The position numbers and the translations under genes are program-made. From Opitutales bacterium (GTDB lineage Bacteria > Verrucomicrobiota > Verrucomicrobiia > Opitutales > JAFGAQ01): a stretch of 53,984 bases of DNA. A model generated the notes under the pieces. The model worked only from the letters and a program-made list of their open reading frames with translations. It was not told the DNA's origin and did no database searches. Positions 1-9,697 of the stretch are shown here, piece by piece; the stretch's first letter is position 1; each line of letters starts with the position of its first letter. The stretch spans positions 1-53,984 of the forward strand of contig JAKSBQ010000079.1 of the NCBI GenBank assembly GCA_022361075.1, given 5' to 3'.

Positions 1-239
1 TCGTTGGTATTCAGGTTGCAAATCATGCTAATCGATTCTCCGTGATCGAGTAGCTTCTTGATCAAACGGAGGCGATCCAAGGAGTCCGCATCATAAAGTC
101 GAGTCCCTCCCTCCGAACGGTCTGAAAGCACCATCCCATATCGGCGTTCCCACGCTCGTATAGTGTGCGTTGAGAGTCCTGTGAGATTTGCGATCGCTCC
201 GATTCGGTAGGTTGCCGGTTTTGAATGATTTTCTTCCAT
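1..239 (-). CDS. MerR-family transcriptional regulator, CarH/LitR-like; N-terminal part, runs off the window edge
   Basis: Manual translation from ATG at 239: MEENHSKPATYRIGAIANLTGLSTHTIRAWERRYGMVLSDRSEGGTRLYDADSLDRLRLIKKLL. The IRAWERRYG and GGxRLY motifs are typical of CarH/LitR-type MerR HTH domains. Not in the ORF track. Confidence 0.85.
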   Translation of the reverse strand, partial: MEENHSKPATYRIGAIANLTGLSTHTIRAWERRYGMVLSDRSEGGTRLYDADSLDRLRLIKKLLDHGESISMICNLNTN

Positions 240-271
240 TTTTAGACATTACTTAAACATAAATGGAACAA
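239..271. promoter_or_regulatory. Candidate CarH-type operator (11-bp phased direct repeats)
   Basis: ACA at 246, 257 and 268. Positions 250-260 (tACTTAAACAt) fit nAnnTnnACAn. Directly upstream of the MerR gene. Confidence 0.5.
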
Positions 272-315
272 AGTTCAAGAATGTCTTCAAAAAAGTTAAC
301 TCGTCTACCTCTGGT

Positions 316-1176
316 CTATCCTTTGTGCTCGAATCCGAACAGGTTGATTTTTTCCTTTCGAGCTAGTTCAAGCACGTTTTTTTTGTCGAGAATGATCGTT
401 TTTCCGACAGCCAACGCGGCATGACGGACACCACCTTCAACCATGGATCGAATGGTTTTTTCTCCGAAGACCGGAACATCAATGGCGTAATTTTGATTGG
501 GTTTTACGGTTTTGACGAAAAGTTTTTCGGAGGTTTTGTAGTTTGCAGCGCGTTTTAGCATCTCATCGGTGCCATTAAACTCTTCTACGCATAAAACGGT
601 TCCATTTTTGACCACAATTCCCTGGCCGATATCGAGTCGCGCGATTTCGTTGGCGATTCGAATGCCATGTTCTAACGTGGAATCGTCGAGCTTCCATTTG
701 CCCGAGGTCATCAATCCGGGTGATGCAAGCTGGTCATCGATAAAAGCACGGGCGTCCAGAGTTTGCACTCCGATTTGTTCCATTTCCTTAACGACCGCAC
801 CGTAAATTGTTTCGGCGTTGCGTACTTTGAGCTGCTGCAGAATCCGAAATGCCTTGAGATCGGGGTGGATGCCTCCAAACAGCCTGCTCGGCTTGATCTG
901 TCCAACCATTACGTTGTAACGGCAGCCCATATTCTGAAGTGTCTTCAAGAGTTTGCCAACCTGCCCTACCTTTATCTTTTGGTGATGTGCCGAATCGAAT
1001 TGATCGATCAATTCGTCAGACGTTTCGCCGACGAAGCTAATCAACCGAACCGGAACCCCAGCTTTGCGGATTCGATCTACCATTAGTTTCGGATAAAATC
1101 CCCTGCCAGCGAGAACTGCCACAGGAGCATTGGCGTCGTACTCGGGCGGCAAAAACTCGGAAATGGGCGAATTCAT
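316..1176 (-). CDS. lpxI: LpxI-family UDP-2,3-diacylglucosamine hydrolase (DUF1009)
   Basis: LAGRGFYP N-terminus, DIGQGIVV, EEFNGTDEML, KTVKPNQNYAIDVPVFG motifs. Confidence 0.85.
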   Translation of the reverse strand: MNSPISEFLPPEYDANAPVAVLAGRGFYPKLMVDRIRKAGVPVRLISFVGETSDELIDQFDSAHHQKIKVGQVGKLLKTLQNMGCRYNVMVGQIKPSRLFGGIHPDLKAFRILQQLKVRNAETIYGAVVKEMEQIGVQTLDARAFIDDQLASPGLMTSGKWKLDDSTLEHGIRIANEIARLDIGQGIVVKNGTVLCVEEFNGTDEMLKRAANYKTSEKLFVKTVKPNQNYAIDVPVFGEKTIRSMVEGGVRHAALAVGKTIILDKKNVLELARKEKINLFGFEHKG

Positions 1177-1190
1177 TGAGAAAAGAGTCT

Positions 1191-3941
1191 CTATTTGACC
1201 ACCAAATTGAAAATTTTGCCAGGAACGTAGATGGCTTTCACGACAGTTTTGCCTTCTGTGGCACTTTGAACTCGCTCGGAGGCGAGCACAGCTGCTTCAA
1301 CTTCTTCCTTGGTCGCGGTTTTCGAAAACATTCCCTCACCTCGGAGTTTTCCGTTCACTTGAAAGATAACCTTTACGGAATCTTCAGCCTCAGGGATTTC
1401 AATAGGTTCTGGCCATTTTGCGTAAGCCACTGAGGCCGTTTCGCCGAGTAGCTCCCATAACTCTTCGGCAAGGTGAGGCGCGAAGGGAGCAATCATTTGA
1501 ACCAAAGCTTTGATTGTAGATTTGGCGATCGTTTCCGTTTTTTGGAGTTCGTTGACCAGAATCATCAATTGAGAGATCGCAGTGTTATAACCGAAACTTT
1601 CGATGTCGGATGAGACTTTTTTGATGGTCTGATTCAGAATCTTGAGGGTCGCCACCGTTTCGTCCTCATCGCGAATGCGGTCACTAATTTCCCCCTGGGC
1701 GTCAACTATCAAGCGCCAAACTTTTCTGAGGAAACGGTGAGGTCCTTCAATTCCATTCGCACTCCACGGTTTCATGTCTGCCAGAGGGCCCATGAACATT
1801 TCGTACATTCTCAGCGAGTCAGCACCGTAACTGTCGATGTAATCATCCGGATTTACTACATTGCCGCGGCTTTTGCTCATTTTGTAAGCACGAGCATCTA
1901 CCAAGATTTCAGGTTCAACCTTGAGACGATAGACATCCTGTTTACCCACGCGTGCTTTTTCAACCAGTTCGGCTTCAAGTTTTTGGGTCGCCCCCGACCA
2001 TTCCGAGAGGTCTTCGATCTTATCAACCGAAACTTTGTTTCCTGCTTCATCGAGATAGAGTGTGTACTCCATCTCTCCCAAAATGATGCCCTGGTGAAAG
2101 AGTTTTGGAAAGGGTTCTTCCGTGGTGACCACCCCAATTTCATTTAAGAAGATGTGCCAAAAACGAGCATAGAGCAGGTGAAGCACGGCGTGCTCTGCTC
2201 CGCCAATGTACATGTCAGGTGAACCCCAGTAATTTTCGATTTGAGAATCGATGAGTGCTTCAGCATTTTTTGGATCACAATAGCGCAGGTAGTACCAACA
2301 GGAGCCAGCCCACTGAGGCATCGTGTTTGTTTCTCTCGCACCTTTGAGCCATCCGGTTGGTTGTGGCTCCGCCGACGAAACAGTGGCACCAGTTGAAGGG
2401 TCCAGCCAGATATTGACCCAGTCAGTGATATTCGCAAGTGGGCTTTGAGCGTCGCCTGAAGGCTTGTAGTTGTCAGTTTCTGGAAGACTTAGAGGAAGAT
2501 CTTTGTCGATTACTGGCACCGCGTATTGATCGACTCCATTTTCATCGGTGTAAATGATCGGCTTCTTCGGAAGTGCGTTAGCCAGTTGACTTTGTTGCTT
2601 TGATATTGAGTCATAGGCATTTTTTTCTACCCAGATGATTGGAAAAGGTTCTCCCCAGTATCGTTGTCTTGAGAACAACCAGTCGCGCAGACGAAAATTG
2701 ATGGTGGCTTCTCCCGCTCCTTTTTTCGCAAGAGCCTCAACGATGGCATTTTTTCCATCTTCCACCGAAAGACCGTCAAATCCGCCTGAGTTTACAAGAA
2801 CTCCGGAACCGACAAAAGGAAGTTCGGTGGATTCTTTATTTGGATCACTGATCACCTGACGAATCGGAATCTCAAATTGCTCTGCAAACTCAAAGTCGCG
2901 CGTATCGTGTGCGGGAACTGCCATGATCGCACCAGTGCCGTAACCCATTAGCACGTAATCTGCGATCCAGATCGGGATTGTTTCTCCGTTGATGGGATTG
3001 ATTGCGTAGGAACCGGTAAACTCTCCTGTCTTTTCCTTCGCTAGATCGGTACGATCGAGATCGCTCTTGTTGGCGGCAACCTGAATGTATGCGTCTACCG
3101 CTTCCTTTTGATCTGCTTTGGTGATCTGCGAAACAAGTGGATGTTCGGGAGCAAGAACCATGTAAGTTGCGCCGCAAAGCGTATCCGGGCGGGTAGTGAA
3201 TACAGTAATCTTTTCTTCATGGCCCTGAATCTCGAAAACGATTTCAGCGCCTGTCGATTTACCGATCCAGTTGGTTTGTTGCGTTTTAGTTGACTCCGGC
3301 CAATCCACGTTTTCCAGTCCATCCAGCAATTTATCAGCGTAGGCAGTGATGCGCAGCACCCATTGACGAAGGTTCCGTCGCTCCACTGGGAATCCGCCTA
3401 CTTCGCTCTTTCCGTCGATCACTTCTTCGTTGGCCAGAACCGTACCGAGCTCAGGGCACCAGTTCACCGGGCGTTCATCGACGTAAGCCAAGCCATGCTT
3501 AAAAAGCTGCAGGAAAATCCACTGTGTCCAGCGATAGTAGTTCGGATCGGTTGTGTTTACTTCCCGGCCCCAATCGATCGCGATACCCAAGCGTTTGATT
3601 TGCTCGCGAAAGTGGTCGATGTTTTTTTTAGTCGTGATCGCGGGGTGTGTTCCCGTTTTCATGGCATACTGCTCGGCAGGAAGCCCGAACGCATCCCAAC
3701 CCATTGGGTGTAGTACGTTGAATCCCTTGGCACGCTTGTAGCGATCAATGATGTCGGATGCTGCGTAGTTTTCGGTGTGTCCCGCATGAAGACCAGCTCC
3801 GGAAGGGTAGGGAAACATGTCCAGGATGTAATACTTCGGCTTGTCTGAAGTATCCTTGACTTCGAAGGTCCCATTTTCGTCCCAGTAGCGCTGCCATTTG
3901 GGCTCGATTTCCTTGAAATTATAGTCGGTATGTCCGGGCAT
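1191..3941 (-). CDS. leuS: Leucine--tRNA ligase
   Basis: [14 protein letters not shown] (HIGH), [17 protein letters not shown] editing domain, [16 protein letters not shown]. Confidence 0.98.
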   Translation of the reverse strand: MPGHTDYNFKEIEPKWQRYWDENGTFEVKDTSDKPKYYILDMFPYPSGAGLHAGHTENYAASDIIDRYKRAKGFNVLHPMGWDAFGLPAEQYAMKTGTHPAITTKKNIDHFREQIKRLGIAIDWGREVNTTDPNYYRWTQWIFLQLFKHGLAYVDERPVNWCPELGTVLANEEVIDGKSEVGGFPVERRNLRQWVLRITAYADKLLDGLENVDWPESTKTQQTNWIGKSTGAEIVFEIQGHEEKITVFTTRPDTLCGATYMVLAPEHPLVSQITKADQKEAVDAYIQVAANKSDLDRTDLAKEKTGEFTGSYAINPINGETIPIWIADYVLMGYGTGAIMAVPAHDTRDFEFAEQFEIPIRQVISDPNKESTELPFVGSGVLVNSGGFDGLSVEDGKNAIVEALAKKGAGEATINFRLRDWLFSRQRYWGEPFPIIWVEKNAYDSISKQQSQLANALPKKPIIYTDENGVDQYAVPVIDKDLPLSLPETDNYKPSGDAQSPLANITDWVNIWLDPSTGATVSSAEPQPTGWLKGARETNTMPQWAGSCWYYLRYCDPKNAEALIDSQIENYWGSPDMYIGGAEHAVLHLLYARFWHIFLNEIGVVTTEEPFPKLFHQGIILGEMEYTLYLDEAGNKVSVDKIEDLSEWSGATQKLEAELVEKARVGKQDVYRLKVEPEILVDARAYKMSKSRGNVVNPDDYIDSYGADSLRMYEMFMGPLADMKPWSANGIEGPHRFLRKVWRLIVDAQGEISDRIRDEDETVATLKILNQTIKKVSSDIESFGYNTAISQLMILVNELQKTETIAKSTIKALVQMIAPFAPHLAEELWELLGETASVAYAKWPEPIEIPEAEDSVKVIFQVNGKLRGEGMFSKTATKEEVEAAVLASERVQSATEGKTVVKAIYVPGKIFNLVVK

Positions 3942-4167
3942 TTTCCTGTTAAACTAAGTTGTCAGATCGCTTTTTGACCTTTTGGGGTGTATTACACCCG
4001 CGAGATGCGATTTAGTGGTCAAGCCCGGTGTGGGGTCAAGTCGATAGTGTGGGAGGTTAAGCCGACCCTTATGATGCTAAGGAAACAAGTCCGTTCCCTC
4101 TCCATTGCTTCTCGTTGCAATTGTTAATTAATTTTAGCAATGGTGAGGTCTTACGCATCTACCTCTT

Positions 4168-4713
4168 TCAGATCGTTTTCATGAAATCACGGTGACCACG
4201 TCTGGTAATGCCCCATGAAATTTTTGCCATGATTGTTCTCCAGTCGCGTTCGGCTAAGGCATCTATTGGAAACCACATGCCCGGCAATGCAGAACTCTTT
4301 ATTAAACCTTCCACGTCTTCAGATATTTCAAGGTATGCTCCTTTATGTAGGCGGTTCCAAATAGGCATCTTGTCTGAAGCGAACCATACAACATATTCGA
4401 TTACTCTGCTTCGTTCGAAAAGAGCCTTTCTCTTTTCATATTCCTGCCTCTGGTTGTCTTTAAAAACATCAAATACGAAATTTGGCGGACCTGAGAAATA
4501 CTGGTAGTCACCAGGATCGCACTGCTTGAACTTGCCACTGTTGACTTGTGCCACAAATCCAGGGGTCAAACGCGTGGTTTTGTTCAATTGGACCGGAACG
4601 CTCACGCATACGTATAGACCAGGCGTATACATCCGGTAGTGATTCACACAGCTGAGGAAGTCAGCAAGTGTAGCCGACTGACCTATATCATATTCCTCGT
4701 TCATGTCTGTCAT
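4168..4713 (-). CDS. Uma2/DUF820-like PD-(D/E)xK fold protein, degenerate
   Basis: YFSGPPNFVFDV...KALFERSRVIEYVVW...GLIKSSALPGMW resembles the Uma2 C-terminal part; the catalytic PD is replaced by PG. Confidence 0.65.
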   Translation of the reverse strand: MTDMNEEYDIGQSATLADFLSCVNHYRMYTPGLYVCVSVPVQLNKTTRLTPGFVAQVNSGKFKQCDPGDYQYFSGPPNFVFDVFKDNQRQEYEKRKALFERSRVIEYVVWFASDKMPIWNRLHKGAYLEISEDVEGLIKSSALPGMWFPIDALAERDWRTIMAKISWGITRRGHRDFMKTI

Positions 4714-4805
4714 TTATTCTGCATCATGTTAAGAAAAACCAAAGATTCTCGCATGACCGGGAACTTCCACGTCGTACCAAAGTGTTCCGTTTCAGTTCGG
4801 ATTTT

Positions 4806-7535
4806 TTAATCAATTTTCAATGCCTCAATGGGTTGTATTCTTGTGACTCTCAACGCTGGGACGAGACTTGCCGAAAGAAGCACTAGTAGGAGGGATGACA
4901 ATGTGATGAAATAAACTGCTGGGTCATTCGGACTAACCTTAAATAGGAGATCAGCCAATCTTCCACCGAGAAACCATGCCGCCAACACACCTAGGGCCAA
5001 ACCGATACCAGCTTGCAACAAGCTCTGTTTGAGGATGTCACCGAGCATTTGTTTGGTTGATCCGCCAACTGCTAACCGAATCCCTATCTCGTGCTTTCGT
5101 TGACGAATCTCGAACGAAAGAACGCCGTAGATACCAACCAGCGACAAAAGAAGTGCCATGCCACCTAGAATAGCAATGAGTAACATGAAGGCTCTTCGAT
5201 CGTTGACCGAAGCCTTGAGCAGTTGCTCAAGAGAGCTGTTTCGAAAGATGGCCAACTGTGAATTGAGACTCTGGATATGACCTCTGACTTCGGAAACTAG
5301 ATCGTTTCTAGTGAGATCTCCTCTAACCAATACGTTCAATTCTCGATCTCTGCTTTGAGGGCTCAGGGGAAGGTAAACGAGTGGCATGCTGCCATTTTTT
5401 GTTTTCGAGTCGCTCCCTACGGAGTCTAAGCCATTATGCTTAACCGTTTCTACGACTCCGATGATTGTAGACCTTTTTTTGAGCGGCAAAAGCCGACTTG
5501 AATTTGCGCAAATCTGTTTTCCCAAGGCGTCGTTGTTCGGGAAGTATCTGTTGGCGAATTCTTTGTCGACCACAACACCCCGACCTTCTCCTCTCAGGTC
5601 AGCTAAGCGAAACGTATTTCCCTCCAAGACACGGATTCCTAACACCTCAAAGTAATCTCTGCTTACTGTGTTGTAATTCACATTTGAAAAATCTTCGCCG
5701 TTTAGCTCTTCGAAAGCTGGCACTCGAGCAGGGCCTATCGCATGAGCTGACAAAGAAGGAAGATATGAAGCGAACGCGACTGATTCTACACCCGGAGTTT
5801 GATGAAGTGACTCGGTCAAACGCACGCGCAGGTTAGCGATCTTTTCGCTTTCGCGGTAGATTTGTCGGGGCAGTGTCACGCTGGCCACTACAACCTTCTC
5901 TGTATTCAATCCCGTGTCTTCATTAAGAGCTCTGTAAAAACTTTGCAGCAAAAGAGCGGCTACAAGAAGTAAAATAGTAGTCATCGCTAGTTGAAACGAA
6001 ACTAGGCCAGACCTTAACCTTTTCATCATTTTGCTTTGCGAAATCTTGGTTGTGTTTTGACCAACTCCCAAATCGAGGTTCCCACCTAATAAAATTGATA
6101 GTGCAAAGGCCCCAATGCAGAGAGCGACCAAAATCGAAAGGACTAATACAAGCCGAATCGCCCCCTGATCGATTCCGATCCAGCCCACCGTGGGTAACAT
6201 ATCATCCAAAACTAGTTTGTTCACCCAATGAATACCGCTCCATGCTAGTAACAATCCGCAAAAGAAACCACCTAACGACAAAACGATAGAGTCGATCAAT
6301 AGCCAACGAACTAACACCCATCTGGATGCGCCAAGTACCACGCGGGTTTTGATTTCAGGTAGTCGTTTTAATCCCCGGCTCAGTTGTAAATTACCCACGT
6401 TGACACAACCGATTAGCAACACCAGGAATAGTCCACCTTGTAGCAGATGGAGGGAGTCTCCGAACTGTGCGATTTTCGATTGCTGTAACGTTTCCACGAT
6501 GCTTTCGTGCTGATGCAAAGCTCTCCAGTCCTTTGTCTGTTGGGTCGACTTGTCTAAAAACAAACTCTCTAAGTAATCTATTTGCGCCTTTGCCTCCCTG
6601 ATTGACGAACTGCTTTTCAGCCGCGCCCAGAGATTAGCGTAATTATTATCTCGTCCATAATACACTGTTTTTTCGAACTGTTCCCTTTGGGCGCTCCAGG
6701 CCCAGGCGCGAAAGAAATCCAGATCACCGTGATGCCATTCTGCCAACTTGGGAGCAACTCCAAGAACAGTCAATGGGACTGAGTCCACTACGATCGCGCG
6801 ACCCACAATTGAAGGATCCGATGCATAATGAGTCCTCCAAAAGGACTCGGTTAGCACAATCACCTTGTCGTTTCCCTGAATACAGTGTGTTTCTTCAAAA
6901 AACTGCCCGAGGATAGGCTGAATTCCAAACACCCGGAAGTAATCCGCTGTTGCCAAGAGTCCGTGTCCTCTTACCGCAGAAGCATCGGTGGTAATGTTTA
7001 CGGCTATTCGATTCGTTAAAGCGACGAAATCAAGCGCAACAACATTTGCCCTGTAATCCAAATATAGCGGGATGTTGGAGCTCGATCTTCCTATTCCCGC
7101 GCCGGGATAGTTATTAAATATTTCAACAACGCGATTAGGCTCTGAGTATGGTGGGGGGCCTAAAACAGCACTCAAAATGCTAGCTACTGTAGCATTCCCT
7201 CCGAGTCCCAAGCCTAAGGTGAGTAACACCGTAAGGCTAAAGCCCTTACTTTTGTAAAGCGACCGAATCGAGTGACGAACGTCGCGTATCGAGTCAGTAA
7301 CCATACGAGTTCCCCATGCGTCTCGGCTATGTTCCTTAAATTTTTCGATGCCTCCGAAAAGCTTGAGTGCTTCTCGAGAAGCCTCGTCTTTGGACATCCC
7401 AGAGTTCCGGAGATCGTGCGCTCTCATTTCGATATGAAACTGAACCTCTTCGTCTAAGTCAGCCTGCCGACGGTTTATGCCAAAGAGAGAAGCAGCCAAA
7501 TAAGAACAGCGGCGGATGAAAAGTCGTGCGTTCAC
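4806..7535 (-). CDS. ADOP-type duplicated MacB/FtsX-like ABC permease with no ATPase partner
   Basis: Prefix domain DLDEEVQFHIEMR...ALKLFGG, LLIGCVNVGNL, GIYGVLSF..QRKHEIGIRLAVG; two MacB-PCD/FtsX repeats. Confidence 0.9.
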   Translation of the reverse strand: MNARLFIRRCSYLAASLFGINRRQADLDEEVQFHIEMRAHDLRNSGMSKDEASREALKLFGGIEKFKEHSRDAWGTRMVTDSIRDVRHSIRSLYKSKGFSLTVLLTLGLGLGGNATVASILSAVLGPPPYSEPNRVVEIFNNYPGAGIGRSSSNIPLYLDYRANVVALDFVALTNRIAVNITTDASAVRGHGLLATADYFRVFGIQPILGQFFEETHCIQGNDKVIVLTESFWRTHYASDPSIVGRAIVVDSVPLTVLGVAPKLAEWHHGDLDFFRAWAWSAQREQFEKTVYYGRDNNYANLWARLKSSSSIREAKAQIDYLESLFLDKSTQQTKDWRALHQHESIVETLQQSKIAQFGDSLHLLQGGLFLVLLIGCVNVGNLQLSRGLKRLPEIKTRVVLGASRWVLVRWLLIDSIVLSLGGFFCGLLLAWSGIHWVNKLVLDDMLPTVGWIGIDQGAIRLVLVLSILVALCIGAFALSILLGGNLDLGVGQNTTKISQSKMMKRLRSGLVSFQLAMTTILLLVAALLLQSFYRALNEDTGLNTEKVVVASVTLPRQIYRESEKIANLRVRLTESLHQTPGVESVAFASYLPSLSAHAIGPARVPAFEELNGEDFSNVNYNTVSRDYFEVLGIRVLEGNTFRLADLRGEGRGVVVDKEFANRYFPNNDALGKQICANSSRLLPLKKRSTIIGVVETVKHNGLDSVGSDSKTKNGSMPLVYLPLSPQSRDRELNVLVRGDLTRNDLVSEVRGHIQSLNSQLAIFRNSSLEQLLKASVNDRRAFMLLIAILGGMALLLSLVGIYGVLSFEIRQRKHEIGIRLAVGGSTKQMLGDILKQSLLQAGIGLALGVLAAWFLGGRLADLLFKVSPNDPAVYFITLSSLLLVLLSASLVPALRVTRIQPIEALKID

Positions 7536-7539
7536 GGAA

Positions 7540-7872
7540 TCAAGCGTTCTTCAGCACCAGATTTACCGCCGAAGTAAACTCTAACCAATAGCTCTCCTTC
7601 TCTTGGACCATGCTTTTTCCCTCGGGAGTTAAGTTATAGAATTTCGCTCGTCGACCGGTTTCACTCTGTGCCCAGTGAGCCTGCACATATCCCCGCTTTT
7701 CCAAACGATGAAGTGACGGATACAGTGAGCCTTCTCCTACGCGTATTGTGTCTTCTGAAAGCAGCTCGATTCGCTTGACAATGTCATAGCCATGCCTGGA
7801 ACCTGCTTTTAGAATTCTCATCACCAGTAGATCTAAAGTCCCCTGTAATAAATCCTTTTTATCCTTACTCAT
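7540..7872 (-). CDS. PadR-family regulator of the acidobacterial type coupled to ADOP permeases
   Basis: MSKDKKDLLQGTLDLL...HGYDI...GEGSLYPSLHRLE...ETGRRAKFY; start moved to ATG at 7872. Confidence 0.93.
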   Translation of the reverse strand: MSKDKKDLLQGTLDLLVMRILKAGSRHGYDIVKRIELLSEDTIRVGEGSLYPSLHRLEKRGYVQAHWAQSETGRRAKFYNLTPEGKSMVQEKESYWLEFTSAVNLVLKNA

Positions 7873-7875
7873 GCA

Positions 7876-7908
7876 TTGACATTCTAGGTATAATGCATCG
7901 AATGTCAA
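7876..7908 (-). promoter_or_regulatory. sigma70-like promoter with an overlapping inverted repeat (probable PadR operator)
   Basis: Minus strand TTGACA-N16-TAGAAT, 8 nt before the ATG; inverted repeat TTGACATTC-N15-GAATGTCAA. Confidence 0.65.
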
Positions 7909-7992
7909 GGTATAACGAAAAAAGCTTCGCACTTTCTTAACGATGGCTCCTTCTTATCCCGGAGAAACTCGCTTTTCTAATCTTGAAAAGCG

Positions 7993-8745
7993 TCAAGCGC
8001 CCAAAGTCTCTGACAGAGCTTTTGCCTGACGCATCACGACATCCGCGTATTCTTCGATTTTGTTTTTGGTAAACCTTTTGCAAGATGCCGTTATGCCCAA
8101 AGCGTAGGTGGTGACACCGGCAGAGTCCAGAACGGGAGCCGCTAAACAACGAACGCCTTCATGGTATTCCTCTTCATCTATTGCGTATCCCTGATCGAAG
8201 ACTTTTTTGAGCTCCGAAATCAGACCCTTCCGAGTCGTGATCGTTTTTTCTGTTCGCTTGTTCAAGGTAAGCCCGTGGAGAACGTCTTTTTGGGTTTCAG
8301 CACTAGCAAACGCCAAAATAGCTTTACCTGACGCGGAACAATGGACATCCGCTAGGGTTCCGGGTTTTGAATGCGCCGAAAGTGGATGAGGACTGGCAAA
8401 AACATCGAGAATTAAGGCTTTGTCTGCTGTTAAGGTAACTAACTGTGAGGTCTCGTTGGTGTATTCGGTAATGGTTCTTAGGTGTGAGCTCGCCATCTCT
8501 CTAATTGAAAACCTGGACAACGCGCGGCTTCCTAAAGCGATCAAAGTAGCACCGAGGCTGAAGTTCTTACCTTGTTTTTTTACAAAACCTTCCTGTTCGA
8601 GGGTATAAAGAATTCGTAATGCCGTGGTCCGAGGCAATTCCAACATGTCTGCGATTTCCGCAATCGATCTCGACTGATCCAACCTCGACAATTCTTTGAG
8701 AATCAGACACGCGTTTTTTAAATTGGGTATCGTATAATCTGGCAT
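7993..8745 (-). CDS. IclR-family transcriptional regulator (KdgR-like role likely)
   Basis: HTH LPRTTALRILYTL, HCSASGKAILA, GYAIDEEEYHEGVRCLAAPV; divergent from kduID. Confidence 0.93.
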   Translation of the reverse strand: MPDYTIPNLKNACLILKELSRLDQSRSIAEIADMLELPRTTALRILYTLEQEGFVKKQGKNFSLGATLIALGSRALSRFSIREMASSHLRTITEYTNETSQLVTLTADKALILDVFASPHPLSAHSKPGTLADVHCSASGKAILAFASAETQKDVLHGLTLNKRTEKTITTRKGLISELKKVFDQGYAIDEEEYHEGVRCLAAPVLDSAGVTTYALGITASCKRFTKNKIEEYADVVMRQAKALSETLGA

Positions 8746-8750
8746 ACTGG

Positions 8751-8801
8751 TTCATATTTGAAATCGAATTTCACAGGTAAAGTAATATTTGACTCAAATA
8801 T
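8751..8801. promoter_or_regulatory. Candidate IclR operator palindromes
   Basis: TTCATATTTGAA (8751-8762) and the perfect palindrome ATATTTGA-C-TCAAATAT (8785-8801) in the divergent intergenic region. Confidence 0.5.
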
Positions 8802-8854
8802 CTAACATTCTAATTATATTTGTTTGATTCGCATTCACTCACAAACGATTAATC

Positions 8855-9682
8855 ATGGGATTACACTATCCAGCATCAAAAAGCGAGTACCCTCGCTTGA
8901 ACACAGCCCAAATCCGCGAGAACTATTTAATGGATCATCTTTTCGAAAGCGGGGAGATCAACTATTTTGCCTGCGAGACGGACAGGGTGATTATCGGAAG
9001 TGCGTGCCCCGCAGATTCATCTCTTCATCTGGAAGCAAACGATGATCTTAAATCCGATTATTTTTGTGAGCGACGTGAACTAGGCGTTCTCAACATCGGA
9101 GGAGCCGGAAGAGTCCTGGTAGACGAAAAATCGTATGAAATAGGAAACTTAGAATGCCTTTATGTAGGACGCGGAAGTGAAAAAGTTGTGTTTGAAAGTC
9201 AATCTGGCGAATCACCGCAGTTCTACCTCATCAGTTATCCGGCGCATGCGGTTTATCCAACTCAAAAAGCAACTCTTGGAGATGCCAATCGAATCGAATT
9301 AGGTGCAGGATCGTCCGCAAATGAGCGGGTCATTTATCAGTATATCCACCAAGATGGCATCCAAAGCTGCCAACTGGTAATGGGATTTACCGAATTGAAA
9401 GAAGGGAGCGTTTGGAACACTATGCCTCCCCACACTCACGCTAGGCGGAGTGAAGTTTATCTGTATTTCGATATCCCTGAAGAAAATCTAGTGTTTCACT
9501 TCATGGGAGAACCTCAGGAGACTCGGCACATCGCTGTTAGGAACCGGCAAATTGTTCTTTCGCCCTCATGGAGCATTCACTCAGGCTGTGGGACATCGAA
9601 CTATCGTTTCGTTTGGTCCATGGGAGGTGAGAATCAGCGATTTGACGATATGGATGCTGCCCCAATTCCCGAAATAAAATAA
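8855..9682 (+). CDS. kduI: 4-deoxy-L-threo-5-hexosulose-uronate ketol-isomerase
   Basis: RRELGVLNIGG, SCQLVMG, WNTMPPHTHARRSEVY, SPSWSIHSG, MGGENQ. Confidence 0.97.
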   Translation: MGLHYPASKSEYPRLNTAQIRENYLMDHLFESGEINYFACETDRVIIGSACPADSSLHLEANDDLKSDYFCERRELGVLNIGGAGRVLVDEKSYEIGNLECLYVGRGSEKVVFESQSGESPQFYLISYPAHAVYPTQKATLGDANRIELGAGSSANERVIYQYIHQDGIQSCQLVMGFTELKEGSVWNTMPPHTHARRSEVYLYFDIPEENLVFHFMGEPQETRHIAVRNRQIVLSPSWSIHSGCGTSNYRFVWSMGGENQRFDDMDAAPIPEIK

Positions 9683-9697
9683 GTGCTAACCTACGCG

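Noticed and set aside
3942-4167. T-box or attenuator upstream of leuS (also checked before trpS)
   Set aside because: No T-box consensus; only a short inverted repeat (CCATTGCT/AGCAATGG) of unclear meaning
7876-7894. Plus-strand TTGACA...TATAAT promoter
   Set aside because: The spacer is only 7 nt; the minus-strand arrangement fits a promoter instead
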